Positions 50,041-61,374 of a stretch of DNA of 64,000 nucleotides are shown here, piece by piece (the stretch's first letter is position 1; each line of letters begins with the position of its first letter). The stretch lies in assembly GCF_006345805.1 (NCBI RefSeq), contig NC_043003.1:22196001-22260000 (forward strand). The letters run 5' to 3'. The notes under the pieces are model-generated. The model was not told the DNA's origin. It worked only from the letters and a program-made list of their open reading frames with translations, and ran no database searches. This stretch comes from Octopus sinensis. Lineage: Eukaryota. Both the position numbers and the translations under genes were made by a program.

Positions 50041-50345
50041 ACCTTGGGCAAGTATCTTTTACTATAGCCTCGGACTGACCGGTGCCTTGTGAGTGGATTT
50101 GGTAGATGGAAACTGAAATAAACCCATCGTGTGTGTGTGTGTTTGTGTTTGTTCCTCACCACTGCTTGACAACTAGTGTTAGTGTGTTTATGTCCCTGTC
50201 ACTTAGCAGTTTGGCAAAAGATACTGATAGAATAAGTACCAGGCTTAAAAAAAAGGGTACTGGGGTGGAAGCCATTCAACTAAAATTTCAAGGCGGTGCT
50301 GTAGTATGACCACAGTCTATTTATTGGAACAAGTAAAAAGATAAA
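50040..50345 (+). mobile_element. SINE family A lacking its head
   Basis: Starts at ACCTTGGGCAAG directly after the minisatellite. Confidence 0.88.
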
Positions 50346-50368
50346 AGGGAGATAAATGTGTACACACT

Positions 50369-50775
50369 CTCTTTTACTCTTTTACTTGTTTCAGTTATTT
50401 GACTGGCCATGCTGGAGCACCGCCTTTTAGTCGAGCAAATCGACCCCAGGACTTATTCTTTGTAAGCCTAGTACTTATTCTATCATTCTCTTTTGCTGAA
50501 CTGATAAGTTACGGGGATGCAAACACACCAGCATCGGTTGTCAAGCGATGTTGGGGGGACAAGCACAGACACACAAACACACACACACACACACATATAT
50601 ATACATATATACGACGGGCTTCTTCCAGTTTCCATCTACCAAATCCACTCACAAGGCTTTGGTCGGTCCGAGGCTATAGTAGAAGACACTTGCCCAAGGT
50701 GCCACGCAGTGGGACTGAACCTGGAACCATGTGGTTGGTAAGCAAGCTACTTACCACACAGCCACTCCTGCACCT
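50369..50775 (-). mobile_element. SINE family A, full length
   Basis: Reverse complement from head to tail. Confidence 0.95.
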
Positions 50776-51769
50776 AAATATAAAACAGGAAGAAAACAAC
50801 AAAAGTCAATTAGATGCTCACAGTGAATGTATTAGATTGACATCCAGTGAAAGTTTTAGATGGAAAAATAGGAGTGGAGAAGACATCTTGAGCATAACTT
50901 TATTGGAAAGAGGAAAAAGTCCAGAGAAGAGAGAAAGGAAGGAAGAAAGAACAGATAGTCCAAGAAAAGCATGTGTCATTGCATGACCAAAAACGTAACT
51001 GACTGGAAGAGGAAGAAAATGTGGTTTTTGAAGGCAGGAGAGTACAGAAATGGCCTTGGAGTTTATTGAGGCAGATATTCTGTGGCCAAGTGTCCTTTCC
51101 ATTGTCAGTTATGTTTTTAAGCAAGATGATATATCTCCCCATGGTCAGACATTTCAGAATACTGGAAATGAACAACACTGCTTATATGACAGTGACACTT
51201 GTTTACATCAGTCATTCGATGTCAGCACAAGGAGACAAAACACACACACACACACACACACACACGGAGGCTTCTTTCAATTTCCATCTATCAAATCCTC
51301 TCGCAAGGCTCTACTTGGCCCCGGGGATATGTTGAAAAGACACTTCTCTACAAGGTCTGTGCAGTAGGACCGAACCTGAGACCATGTGGTTGGCAAGCAA
51401 ACTTCTTCACCACACAGTCAATCCTGTGTCTGTTTACTAATTACCATCTTATACTGACTGCAATAATACCAGGCTTTGACTGTTGCTAATTATAATCCTG
51501 CTATCCGAATATTCATCTAATTGTAATGACTGTTTTTACTTGTAAAAGAATATTGCTCATCTCTTTGTATCTGTTTATGTTATATTTTGACTCTTTCTGT
51601 TTATCACTAGGAAAGAAAGTAATTAGTCACAGAAAAAAAAAGGGGGTTTTAGGGTTTTGCAGTCTTATGGCTTTGTTTTCCAGGCATATCAGGTACCAGA
51701 ATAGATATTTCACAGTAGCTGTTTTATGATCTTATAGTTTATTTTTTCTTTATTATGACCTGTTAAATG

Positions 51770-52185
51770 ATAATTATTATATACCATATAATCATCACCA
51801 CTGCCACTACCATCACCACCACTATCACCATCATTATCATCTTCAGCAACACCACCACCACCACCACCATCATTTTCAGCAGCAGCACCATCATCTTCAG
51901 CAATAGCAGCACCACCATCATCATCATCATCATCTTCAGCAACAGCAGCACCATCATCATCATTTTCAACAGCAGCAGCATCACCATTATCATCTTCAGC
52001 AACAGCAGCACTATCATCATCATCATCATCATCATCATAACCATTATTATCAGCACCTTCATCAGCATCATCTTCACCACTGTCACCACCACCACCACCA
52101 CCACCACCACCATCATCATCATCATCTTCAGCACCACTACCCCCTCCCCCAATCATCATCTTCCTTTTCAAGGTCTTCATCATCG
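51770..52185. repeat. Compound trinucleotide repeat (CAT/CAC/CAG)
   Basis: Mixed triplet runs with a recurring catcttcagcaacagcagc. Confidence 0.95.
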
Positions 52186-52456
52186 CAGAGAGTGACCCAT
52201 CTGATTCTCACTGTCAGCTTCTGTCATACTTCAAATTTCTAATCTAATTAACTGCCTCTTAATTACTTACTCCTACCATAGTTAAGCTTAATTACTACAG
52301 TCTTTTACTGATCTTCAGAGGATCCTTAGATTGTGTGTGTTTGTGTGTATGGTTTATTAATGTATTGTCTGGTGTTTTTGTGTGTATATATGTGTATACA
52401 TACATTTATGCATTTGTGGTTTGTTGATGTTTGTGTGAGTTGATGGTATATGTAAA

Positions 52457-52488
<32 letters not shown>

Positions 52489-52891
52489 CACACACACACA
52501 CACACATACACACATGTTTCTGATATTGTCTTTTTGTTTGTGTGTGTGGGTGGATGCTAGTACAAAGATGTATATCTAGTTTAATGTTGCATTGTGAATA
52601 TCATATATCTGTTATTGTTTAGCTCCAGGTCTTCTTTAACCAGATGGACCAGTGATTAAAAGCTGCCTAGCCATGACTACTCTGCCATCTTTATTTTTGT
52701 GGCATTGTATACCTTGAACTACATCATCTCAATGTATCCTTTTTCAACAATTTTTTCATAAGCTATTAGGATGTAGTTTGAGGGAGATTTGACTGCTATT
52801 TCTAGCATCTCGGGCAACCACATAGAGGCTATTTTGTTCACTTGTGCATTGTGTGTGTTTATGTGTGTGTGTGTGTGTATATTTGGGTGTT

Positions 52892-52927
<36 letters not shown>

Positions 52928-53526
52928 AGGCGGAGTTGTTATTCTTCCTGACATTTTAACTAGACTGTATCGCTTCCTTGATGAAGACTGATAAGGTAAA
53001 ATACTGAAACAGTTCATCTCTACTCTGTGACAAATGGTGTGCTATAAATAACGGTGAATACATATTCAAGATTATTAATGAATCAGGAAACTATAGAAGC
53101 TGTCATTTTGACAGGGTTTATTTCTGTCTCCTTTTAGAAATGTCTTAATTTTTTTCCACTTCAAATCTTGCCCTATTTCTATATTTTTATTTTATTTCTT
53201 TTCTGTCTCATTTTGTCCTGTCATTTATTCTTATTCTTTCTACATGGACACTTGCTTGTTTCTATTCTTCCCCTTTAATGTAAAGCTCTGTCTTTTCTTT
53301 TCATTTCTACTCTCTCATGCTTTCTTTACTTCTCTCATTTTTCCTTTCCTTTTCTATATCTGTCACTTCCTGCTCACCTGACTCCCTGTCTTCTTCGCTA
53401 CTGACTGCAGGCTGTTTTCTTCTACTTCACTTTCCCTTTTTTACTCCTACCTTATCAATCTCCTACATCTTTCTTGGTTTTCTCTTTCACATATTTTAGT
53501 ACAGCTTCTGCTTTCTTCTCCTACAG

Positions 53527-53565
53527 AAAGCTGGGATTGTGGTCATTTATAATTTTGATTACCTG
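53527..53565 (+). CDS. Candidate 39-nt exon, product unknown
   Basis: ctgctttcttctcctacag|AAAGCTG...TTACCTG|gtaagat after a very long pyrimidine tract. Open as KAGIVVIYNFDYL (phase 0) or KLGLWSFIILIT(W) (phase 2). Confidence 0.45.
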
Positions 53566-53914
53566 GTAAGATTTTGATCCAGAAGAAAGCTCTGCTGGAT
53601 CTAAACTATTGAACAAAGTGTGTGTGAACTTGGTTGGAGAACGTATGCAGTTGCTGATACATATAAGACATCAGTAATATAATTTCAAATTTTGACACAA
53701 GGTCATCAATTTTGGGGCAGAGGGAAATCAATTACATTGACCCCCAGTAGTTAACTGGTACTTATTTTATCAACCCTGAAAGAATGAAAGGCAAAATCGA
53801 CTTTTGCAGAATTTGAACTCAGAATATAAAGATGGGCAAAATGTTGCTTAGCATTTTGTTTGGTGTGCTAACAATTCTGCCAGCTCACAGCCTTCAAGAC
53901 ATCAGAAATATTAT

Positions 53915-54200
53915 TGGAGTAAAAAGGGGTAAAAACCCCCTACAATCATGAATGATCATGGGATTGCACCTAGTAAGTTGCCCTTCAAGGCACAAGTCCG
54001 GGCAAGGTTGTTTATAGAAGATCAGCAGTTGTACATGCATATCAGCCTCACCTCTCCATGCCACCAATGTTATCCAAGGGAAAGGCAAAGGCTGATACAG
54101 CTTGGTACCAGTGATGTCATGACTCCTTTCTACAGCCTAGTGAACTAGAGCAATGTGAAATAAAGTGTCTTGTTGAAGAACACAACCCGGTCTGGAGTAT
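53915..54200 (-). mobile_element. SINE with CORE-like domain and a third tail type (G)
   Basis: Minus strand AAGACACTTTATTTCACATTGCTCTAG, then TAAACAACCTTGCCCGGACTTGTGCC, shared with 46005-46205. Confidence 0.7.
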
Positions 54201-54589
54201 CAATACAGTAAATGTTATGAATAAGCCAAAACAGCCAATTGGAGTCTGGGCAGCTTCCCAGCTTGCTAGCTCTTCTCAAACTGTCCAATCCATGCCAGTT
54301 TGTAAAACGGATGTTAAATGATGATGATGATGATGAGTAAAATAAATATGCATTTAGTTTTAGGCACAAAAGGTCCTCATAGAGCTTAACCCATTGGTAT
54401 TATAGTAATATTATGTTGTTGACTTTGTATTAGGTGGTCTGATCTATAAGTATCCAAACTGTTGCCATAGTAATGAAGCTAAAACATGCAGAGTGAAATC
54501 ACTTGGCACAGATTGACCTTGAACTCAGCTGTGCATGCGCACTAAGTTTTAACATTCTAGCTCACTACCACTTTTTACAACAGTGCTTG

Positions 54590-54706
54590 AAAAGGTGTGT
54601 AGCATGTGATTGTCGCATTGACCATGACAGAGAAAGTTGAGCAGAGAATCTGCATCAAATTTTGCCAAAAACTTGGCGATAACTGCTCAGAGGCCTATGC
54701 AAAGTT
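54590..54706 (+). mobile_element. mariner transposase 5' fragment
   Basis: ATG at 54624: MTEKVEQRICIKFCQKLGDNCSEAYAK. Confidence 0.85.
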
Positions 54707-54835
54707 TTCAAAACATTTCATTGTACTTAACAGAATCAAGGAGATCTTCAGCAACTGAAATTCGAGTGTCTTTTTGACCAGCTGAAAGCCGTTTTGGTAC
54801 AAACTTGGTAGACATGTCTTGTACCCAAATTTTCA

Positions 54836-55065
54836 TATTTCTTCATTGTCCACAAGGGGCTAGACATAGGGGGGGACAAACAAGGACAAACAAAGGGATT
54901 AAGTTGATTAGATTGTCCCTAGTGCATAACTGGTACTTAATTTATCAACCCCGAAAGGATGAAAGGCAAAGTCGATCTCGGCGGAATTTGAACTCGGAGC
55001 GTAACGGCAGACACTGCTAGGCATTTTGCCCGGCATGCTAATGTTTCTGCCAGTTCATCACCTTC
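54836..55065 (-). mobile_element. SINE family B, full length
   Basis: 15-bp TSD GTACCCAAAT(T/C)TTCA at 54821-54835 and 55066-55080. Confidence 0.95.
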
Positions 55066-55342
55066 GTACCCAAATCTTCAGTGATAATAAACTGAACTGA
55101 ACTGTAACTAATCTGTACATCCTCTGATAATTATCAGTTATAACTCATGGATGGTGATTCAACAATTTCTCCTCACAGCTGCATGCACATCTGTGATGTT
55201 TTCCTCAGTTCTACTAGAATGTTTGTCAATATCAACATTTTTTCAGCCATCTTGGAAATGTCTGAACCACTCATACACTTGTGTACAGCTCATACACGCC
55301 TCTCCATACACTTTCAGCAACTTTGTCCAGGCCTCTTAGTAG

Positions 55343-55552
55343 CCGTTCAAGAATTTGAACCTGAAGATCTTCATTTCCAGCGACTTCGAGGGCCACCTCC
55401 CAGTGGTGTCGGGCGTCAACGAAGAGCCCTCGACTATAACAAGACGACCAAAGATTATTTTTTTCTTTCAAGGTCTGGGAGTTTCCTGCCCCTAAGCCCT
55501 AGACCATCACCTAATTACCCTTACCTGTCTTGTTGCTTAACAACAACAACAA
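55343..55552 (+). mobile_element. 5'-truncated non-LTR retroelement with (AAC)n tail, family unknown
   Basis: 11-bp TSD CCTC(T/G)TAGTAG at 55332-55342 and 55553-55563. The mariner sequence resumes on both sides. Confidence 0.75.
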
Positions 55553-56542
55553 CCTCGTAGTAGGTATCACCATGATAACTTTCTCTGTTATGGTCAATGC
55601 AGATGAGCACATGCTACACACCTTCCTTCCAAGCACTGGCTTTGCATGCTTTAGCTTTGTTACTATGGCAACAGTCCAGATACTTATTGATCAGACCTCG
55701 TATTGAACTGTGTTGTGTGTGGCATATTGTTGCTTAGATTTTAATAAATAGTAACAATTTGTTTGTCCTTACATTCTGTGTTCAAATTCTGTTGAGGCCA
55801 ACCTTGTCTTTAATCCTTTTGGATAAAATAAGTATCGGTTGAGTACTGGGATCAATCTAATCATCTTAGGCCCTTCCCCTGAACTTGCTGGCCTTGTGCC
55901 AAAATTTGAATCCAATAAATAGTAACAATGTAGTAAAAAAACAAAAAACCAAACCAATTTGTTTAATCCCAACTGGTTTAATTTCATGGTGAGTCTAAGT
56001 AAACACTGACTTGATATGATTCCTGTAATTTTTTTCATGCCTAATATTAGCTGTTAGGCATAATGGCCTTGAGTTTAAAAGTACTGCACTACTGACTATA
56101 TATATATATTCTAAGTGTTCAAAACTTATTTCAGTCCATTTTAGTGTGACCCTTAGCAAGATACACAACTTTGCTTGTTCCAGTCTCTCCAACTGAAAAA
56201 CTAAAAAAAAAAAAAAAAAGTACAGAATCTGTCTTTGAAAATGTTCTCTCCTCATACTACTACTACTACTATCCACAATCATGATCTCCCCCTATCTTGT
56301 CCCACACTCAACTTAGCTAAGCTGAGTTAGTCTTTCTGTAGCCAGCTTTTAAGGCCATACTTAGTCTTCTCTTTCTTTCTCTCCCTTCCTCCTTCTCTAC
56401 CTCCGACCTCTGTCTTCTTTGGCTGCCTCCTTTCAGTTTTTCAGCTGTCACTAACCCTTTAGTATTCACATTATTTGTCAAAAGTAATCTATTCACCATT
56501 ATTTACATTTGACGAATATTTGTCCTTATCTTGTTTGTTGTT

Positions 56543-56588
56543 AACACAACATTTCGGCTTATATACTCTCCAGCCTTCATCAGGTATC
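56543..56588 (-). ncRNA. Minimal hammerhead motif, near intact
   Basis: GATAC-CTGATGA-A-GGCTG(GAGAGTATAT)AAGCC-GAAAT-GTT-GTGTT. C15.2 is U, consistent with CpG decay. Confidence 0.65.
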
Positions 56589-56848
56589 TTGGGGAAATTT
56601 TCGAACTTGGGTTCTCATTCCTAAGGTATTTTTCGATGTTATTATTAATATTATTATTATTCAGGTCACTGCCTGGAATTGAACTCTAAATCTTGACCAC
56701 TACGCCATATGCCTGTAGTGGTTAAGAGCGCGGTCTACTAACCCCAAGATTCTGAGTTCGATTCCAGGCCATGACCTGAATAATAACATTAATAATAACA
56801 TCGAAAAAAACCTTAGGAATGAGAACCCAGGTTCAAAAATTTCCCCAA

Positions 56849-56891
56849 GACACCTGATGAAGGCTGGAGGGTATATCAGCTGAAACGTGTT
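56849..56891 (+). ncRNA. Minimal hammerhead motif, probably inactivated
   Basis: GACAC-CTGATGA-A-GGCTG(GAGGGTATAT)CAGCT-GAAAC-GT-GTT. A 3-nt deletion relative to the other arm removes the GUU cleavage triplet / stem I register. Confidence 0.6.
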
Positions 56892-57029
56892 AACAACAAA
56901 CAAGATAAGGACAAATATTTGTCAAATGTAAATAATGTACATAATTCCTCATCTCTTAAAAATAGAACTGTAATCTATTCACATTGTTTTGAATTAGTCA
57001 GCTTTGAGATTTTAATGAGGTAACTGTTA

Positions 57030-57143
57030 AGTTTTAGAATGATATTGTAGGGTTGGTGTGAGAAACCAGATCTGGCCATTTTGAACATAAAACAGGTAGA
57101 ATATTTTGGCCAGATATGATTGGTTTAAATGCTAAAGGGTTAA
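57030..57143 (-). mobile_element. piggyBac-like MITE terminus
   Basis: Ends TTTAAATGCTAAAGGG|TTAA. A related terminus in the opposite orientation lies near 17805-17900. Confidence 0.55.
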
Positions 57144-57312
57144 GTATTCAAAGTTTTCTTATTTTCTCATATGATGTCCAATAGCTTGTTGCTCCATCCT
57201 CCTAATTTTGTTAAAAAAAATTGTTTGATGATGGTTTCTGTTTCCTCACTTGCCTAAGGAAACATTTCTGCAGTACTGAAAAGCTTTTGCACTTATTTCT
57301 TAATGTTCCAAG

Positions 57313-57555
57313 CAGGACTGTGGAGTCGAAACAAAAAACTCCAACTCCGACTCCTCTTTATGTAATTGATTGTAGTCTACATATCTCATAAAGCATATGC
57401 ATATGCATACGCTTGTACTTGGAGTAGGCCTATATGTCATAACTGGTTTATATTAAAGAATAAAGATATTGTGAGTCGGAATCAGTCGGTATAGTTTTAT
57501 CGACTCCGACTCTAGCTACCCCTTAATTGTTTCCAGCTCTGACTCCACAGCACCG
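57313..57555. mobile_element. hAT-type MITE
   Basis: TIRs CAGGACTGTGGAGTC / GACTCCACAGCACCG, internal GACTCC repeats, and a perfect 8-bp TSD GTTCCAAG (57305-57312, 57556-57563). Confidence 0.92.
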
Positions 57556-58078
57556 GTTCCAAGTTGCACAACTACATGTAACAGTGGCTTCCATATGTGA
57601 CCCTGTAAAAGTTTTTTTTTTCTCATTTGTATTGACCTCCCCTTATTGGACGATATGTATTTGACCTCACTGAAATCAATCTTTGGATTACTTCATGGGT
57701 TTCATGACTGGGAGGAGACTGATTTTTGCTTCCTGTTAAAGAGAAGCAGAAAGTGTAACTAAGAAAGAAATTAAGACACATCTTATAGGTGCATGTGTAG
57801 CTGTGTGGGTAAGAAGTTTGCTTCTCAACCTCATGGTTACAGGTTCAGTTCCACTATGTGGCACCTTGGGCAAATGTCTTCTACTATGACAGTGACACTT
57901 GTGTACAATTATGACACAATGCCAAGACAAGACACATGCAGATACATAGGCACTCGATAATGTATGTGTTTGTGATGGTGTGTTTGCATGTGTTTTGTCT
58001 TGGCATTATGTCATAGTTCCAAATAAGTGTCTCTGCATGTGTCTTGTCTTGGCATTGTGTCATAGTTGTAAACAAGTA

Positions 58079-58457
58079 GGCGCAGGAGTGGCTGTGAGCT
58101 AAGTAGCTTGCTTACCAACCATATGGTCATGGGTTCAGTCCCACTGCGTGGCACCTTGGGCAAGTGTCTTCTACTATAGCCTCGGGCTGACCAAAGCCTT
58201 GTGAGTGGATTTGATAGACGGAAACTGGAAGAAGCCCGTTGTATATGTTTGTGTGTCCGTGTTTGTCCCTCTAACATCGCTTGACAACTGATGCTGGTGT
58301 GTTTACGTCCCCGTAACTTAGCAGTTCGTCAAAAGAGACCGATAGAATAAGTAGTACTAGGCTTACACAGAATAAGCTCGGGTCAATTTGCTCGACTAAA
58401 GGTGGTGCTCCAGCATGGCTGCTGTCAAATCACAAAAACAAGTAAAAGAGATAAGAG
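58079..58457 (+). mobile_element. SINE family A, full length
   Basis: GGCGCAGGAGTGGCTGTG head through to the AGTAAAAGAG tail. Confidence 0.93.
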
Positions 58458-59104
58458 ATAAAAAATTGTTTTTGTCATACATGAGTGATGCTCATTTCCA
58501 ATATTCTGTGAAAACCTGTCTGGCCACAAGTGAAAGTTAGCAACAGGAAAGGCACCCAGCTGTAGAAATTCTGTCTGACCCATGCAAGCTTGGAAGAATA
58601 GATGTTAAAATGATGATGATATCTATCTGGGACATAAATTATCTTTCCTGTGATTTTTTTTTTTTTTTGTAGTTGTTGATATCCAAACTTTTGAAAGACT
58701 TAAAAAAAAAATCTTACTTTGGTAACCAACCCAATTTCTCTGCAAGCTTCTTAAATCTGTGTTTTTTAGGATGTTTTGTCGATTTGTGTGCGTGGATAGG
58801 TAAAGTTGTTTATAGCTTGGCTTGTGTTACCAACGCTAAGCAGGAAATACGAGCAGTGTCTTGCTGTGTGCCACTTAATCGCATGGTATGTGTTATGTGT
58901 TACATTTCTTTTACTGCACTTACAGAAATGTTAATTAACGAGGCTGATTTCATTTACCTGCCATTGTTAATGTGGTACTGTTATGGATAGGGCATGGAAA
59001 ACGATGTATTGCGATTTTGGAATTGTGTTCTTGTGCAGCTGCTTGCAACCAACTGCTGCAAATGTTCAGAATGATGCATGATGGGTGACCTAAAACTGCA
59101 TCTT

Positions 59105-59875
59105 GACTGTGGTGGTAGTATTAGAAGTGGTATTGAATTAGTAGTGATAGCGTTAATGGTGATGCTGATAAGGTGGCGGCAGTGTGGTGTGATGCTGTCT
59201 GCAGTAGTGGTGTTGCCTGCGGTGGTAGGTGGGGTGCTGCTGGTGATTTCGGTAGTGGTAGGATGAGGGATATTACTGGTGATGGTTATAGTAGGAGCTG
59301 GTGGTAGTATAGAAAATATTGATGGTGGTAATGGTAGTAGCCAGGATATTGCTTGTGGTTTTGATGGTGGCAGTAGTAGTAGTGGAAATATTAGTGGTTG
59401 TTGTGGTGGTGGTGGTGGTAGTAGTAGTAGTTGTGATATTGCTTGTGGTTTTGATGGTGAAAGTAGTGGTTGTTGTTCTGGTAGTAGTAGTAGTAGAGAG
59501 AGATGTTGCTTGTGGTTTTAATGGTGAAAGTAGTGGTGAAAATATTGGGGGTTGTCATGGTAGTTGTATAGGGAACATTGCTTGTGGTAGTGTTGATGGT
59601 AGTAGTAATGGGTATATTGCTGTGGTTGTAGTGATGGTAGGCGAAATATTGCTGGTTACTGTGTGGTGGTGCACAGGTGGTAGTAGTAATAATAATAGAA
59701 ATATTGCTACAGGTTGTAGTGATGGTGGCAGTAGTAAGTGGTGGTGGTAGTAATTGTAGTAGTAAGGGTGTATTGCTTTGTGGATGTGGTGTTAGAAGAG
59801 GTACTGGTGGCAGCAGTGTGTTATGTAGTAATAGTAATAGTAGTGGTGGCGGTATGGTAGTGGTGTTGGTTGTGC
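59105..59875. repeat. GGT/AGT low-complexity tract with recurring ATATTGCTTGTGGT unit
   Basis: Degenerate triplet repeats. Confidence 0.9.
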
Positions 59876-60923
59876 TGACTGAGCTTAGATTTCATGTAAC
59901 TTGTTAAAATTACAAAGTAAATTTCTTACTTAGGCAGTACCTTGTATGTATCTGTTACATATGCACACATATACACACATGAATATAAAATTCTTGTCGG
60001 TTAAAACCCCCACCTGAACAGCTGCCAGATTATAGAAATAAATTTATTTCAAGTCTTTTAAATGATACATCACTCAGTTGTGTAATTATAAAAAAGTAAG
60101 TTAGTGTCATTTTAATTTGATGCCAGCAAGAACATCAGAAAGATAATTAGAAATTATGAGGTGAGAAAAAAAAAAAATGATAGTGTTGCTCTTTGACTAA
60201 TATTACTATTTTGGAAAGTAAGGGAGATAACTCTGAACATGTTTCATTCTTATTTAACCTTATCAGTAATTCATAGACTTTACTACATTTGCCAGAGTAG
60301 TGATGATACTGTTACTCTTTTATTTGTTTACTGGTTTCATTCATTGGACTGTGGCCATGCTGGTATACTGCATTGAAAGGTTTTGGTCAATAAAATTGAT
60401 GCTCCCTACTTCTGGGACTTATTTTTTAAAGTTTGGTAGTTATTCTGTCAATTTTTCTTTCACTGAACTGCTAGGTAAACAAACACTGATTGCAAAGCAG
60501 ATTCAGTAAAAGAGAGCTTTGAAGAAAGACAAACATGCGCGCACGCGCACATGATTGGTTTCCTCATGGTTTCTGTCTCCCAAATTCATTCACAGGGCAT
60601 TGATCAGCCTAGGGGTATATGAGCAGACTGTGGCTCAAGGTGCTGCACAGTGGGACTGAACCTGAAACCATAGTTTTGAAGTGGACTTCTTACTCAGTCA
60701 TGTACAATTGTACATGTTACACAGTTGAAATATTCAGAGGATAATTTCCTCAGAGACACCATCTACATGAAGAAACAATAGTTAAGTTTATGCTGACACA
60801 TTTACTGCATGTAGCTGTGTGGTTAAGAAGCTTCTTCCTCAGCCATGTGGCCCAGGGCTCAGTCTCACCGTGTTGCACTAGATTTGGTAGATGTAAACTG
60901 AAATTAGTCTCTCATATATGATC

Positions 60924-60976
<53 letters not shown>

Positions 60977-61316
60977 CGAGAGAAATATTATGTAATTCAG
61001 ACAATGATAGGCATAAAGAAAAAATAAAATGTATTATAAAACATATAACTAGATCACAAAAAGTGCAAAAATGAATAAACAATATATAAGTAAAAAGTCT
61101 ACGTACATTTCATGGCTATAATTTCAATTTGAATTACAATTACTATATTTTATTTTTTATTTATGATTTGGTTTATGTCTATCATTGTTTGAATTATATA
61201 ATAGTGGTTTTTCTCTAATTTATATATTATATATATATATATATATATTGTGAAATTTGATTTAATACTAAATTGAATTTTTCCCTGTAAGTTTGGAGTT
61301 ATACTCCCTAATATTA

Positions 61317-61374
<58 letters not shown>

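Larger units (their letters stand above)
54727..55573 (-). mobile_element. Decayed mariner transposase interrupted by two retro-insertions
   Basis: KLLKVYGEACMSCTQVYEWFRHFQDG*..SEDVQISYSSVQFIITEDLGTRHV..FVPKRLSAGQKDTRISVAEDLL. Confidence 0.85.
56497..56969. mobile_element. Palindromic tRNA-headed, hammerhead-bearing non-autonomous retroelement (Penelope-like)
   Basis: Perfect 13-bp TSD GTAATCTATTCAC at 56484-56496 and 56970-56982. Inverted arms about 56497-56690 and about 56750-56937. Central tRNA-like A/B boxes and a hammerhead motif in each arm. Confidence 0.85.

Noticed and set aside
51710-52195. Asp/Gly/Ala-rich ORF resembling acidic biomineral proteins
   Set aside because: Trinucleotide repeat that is open in several frames on both strands, with no convincing splice or promoter context.
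60127-60160. Possible 34-nt exon (gccag|...ATGAG|gtgaga; KNIRKIIRNYE)
   Set aside because: Weak pyrimidine tract, and inclusion would shift 63050 into a frame with an immediate stop.
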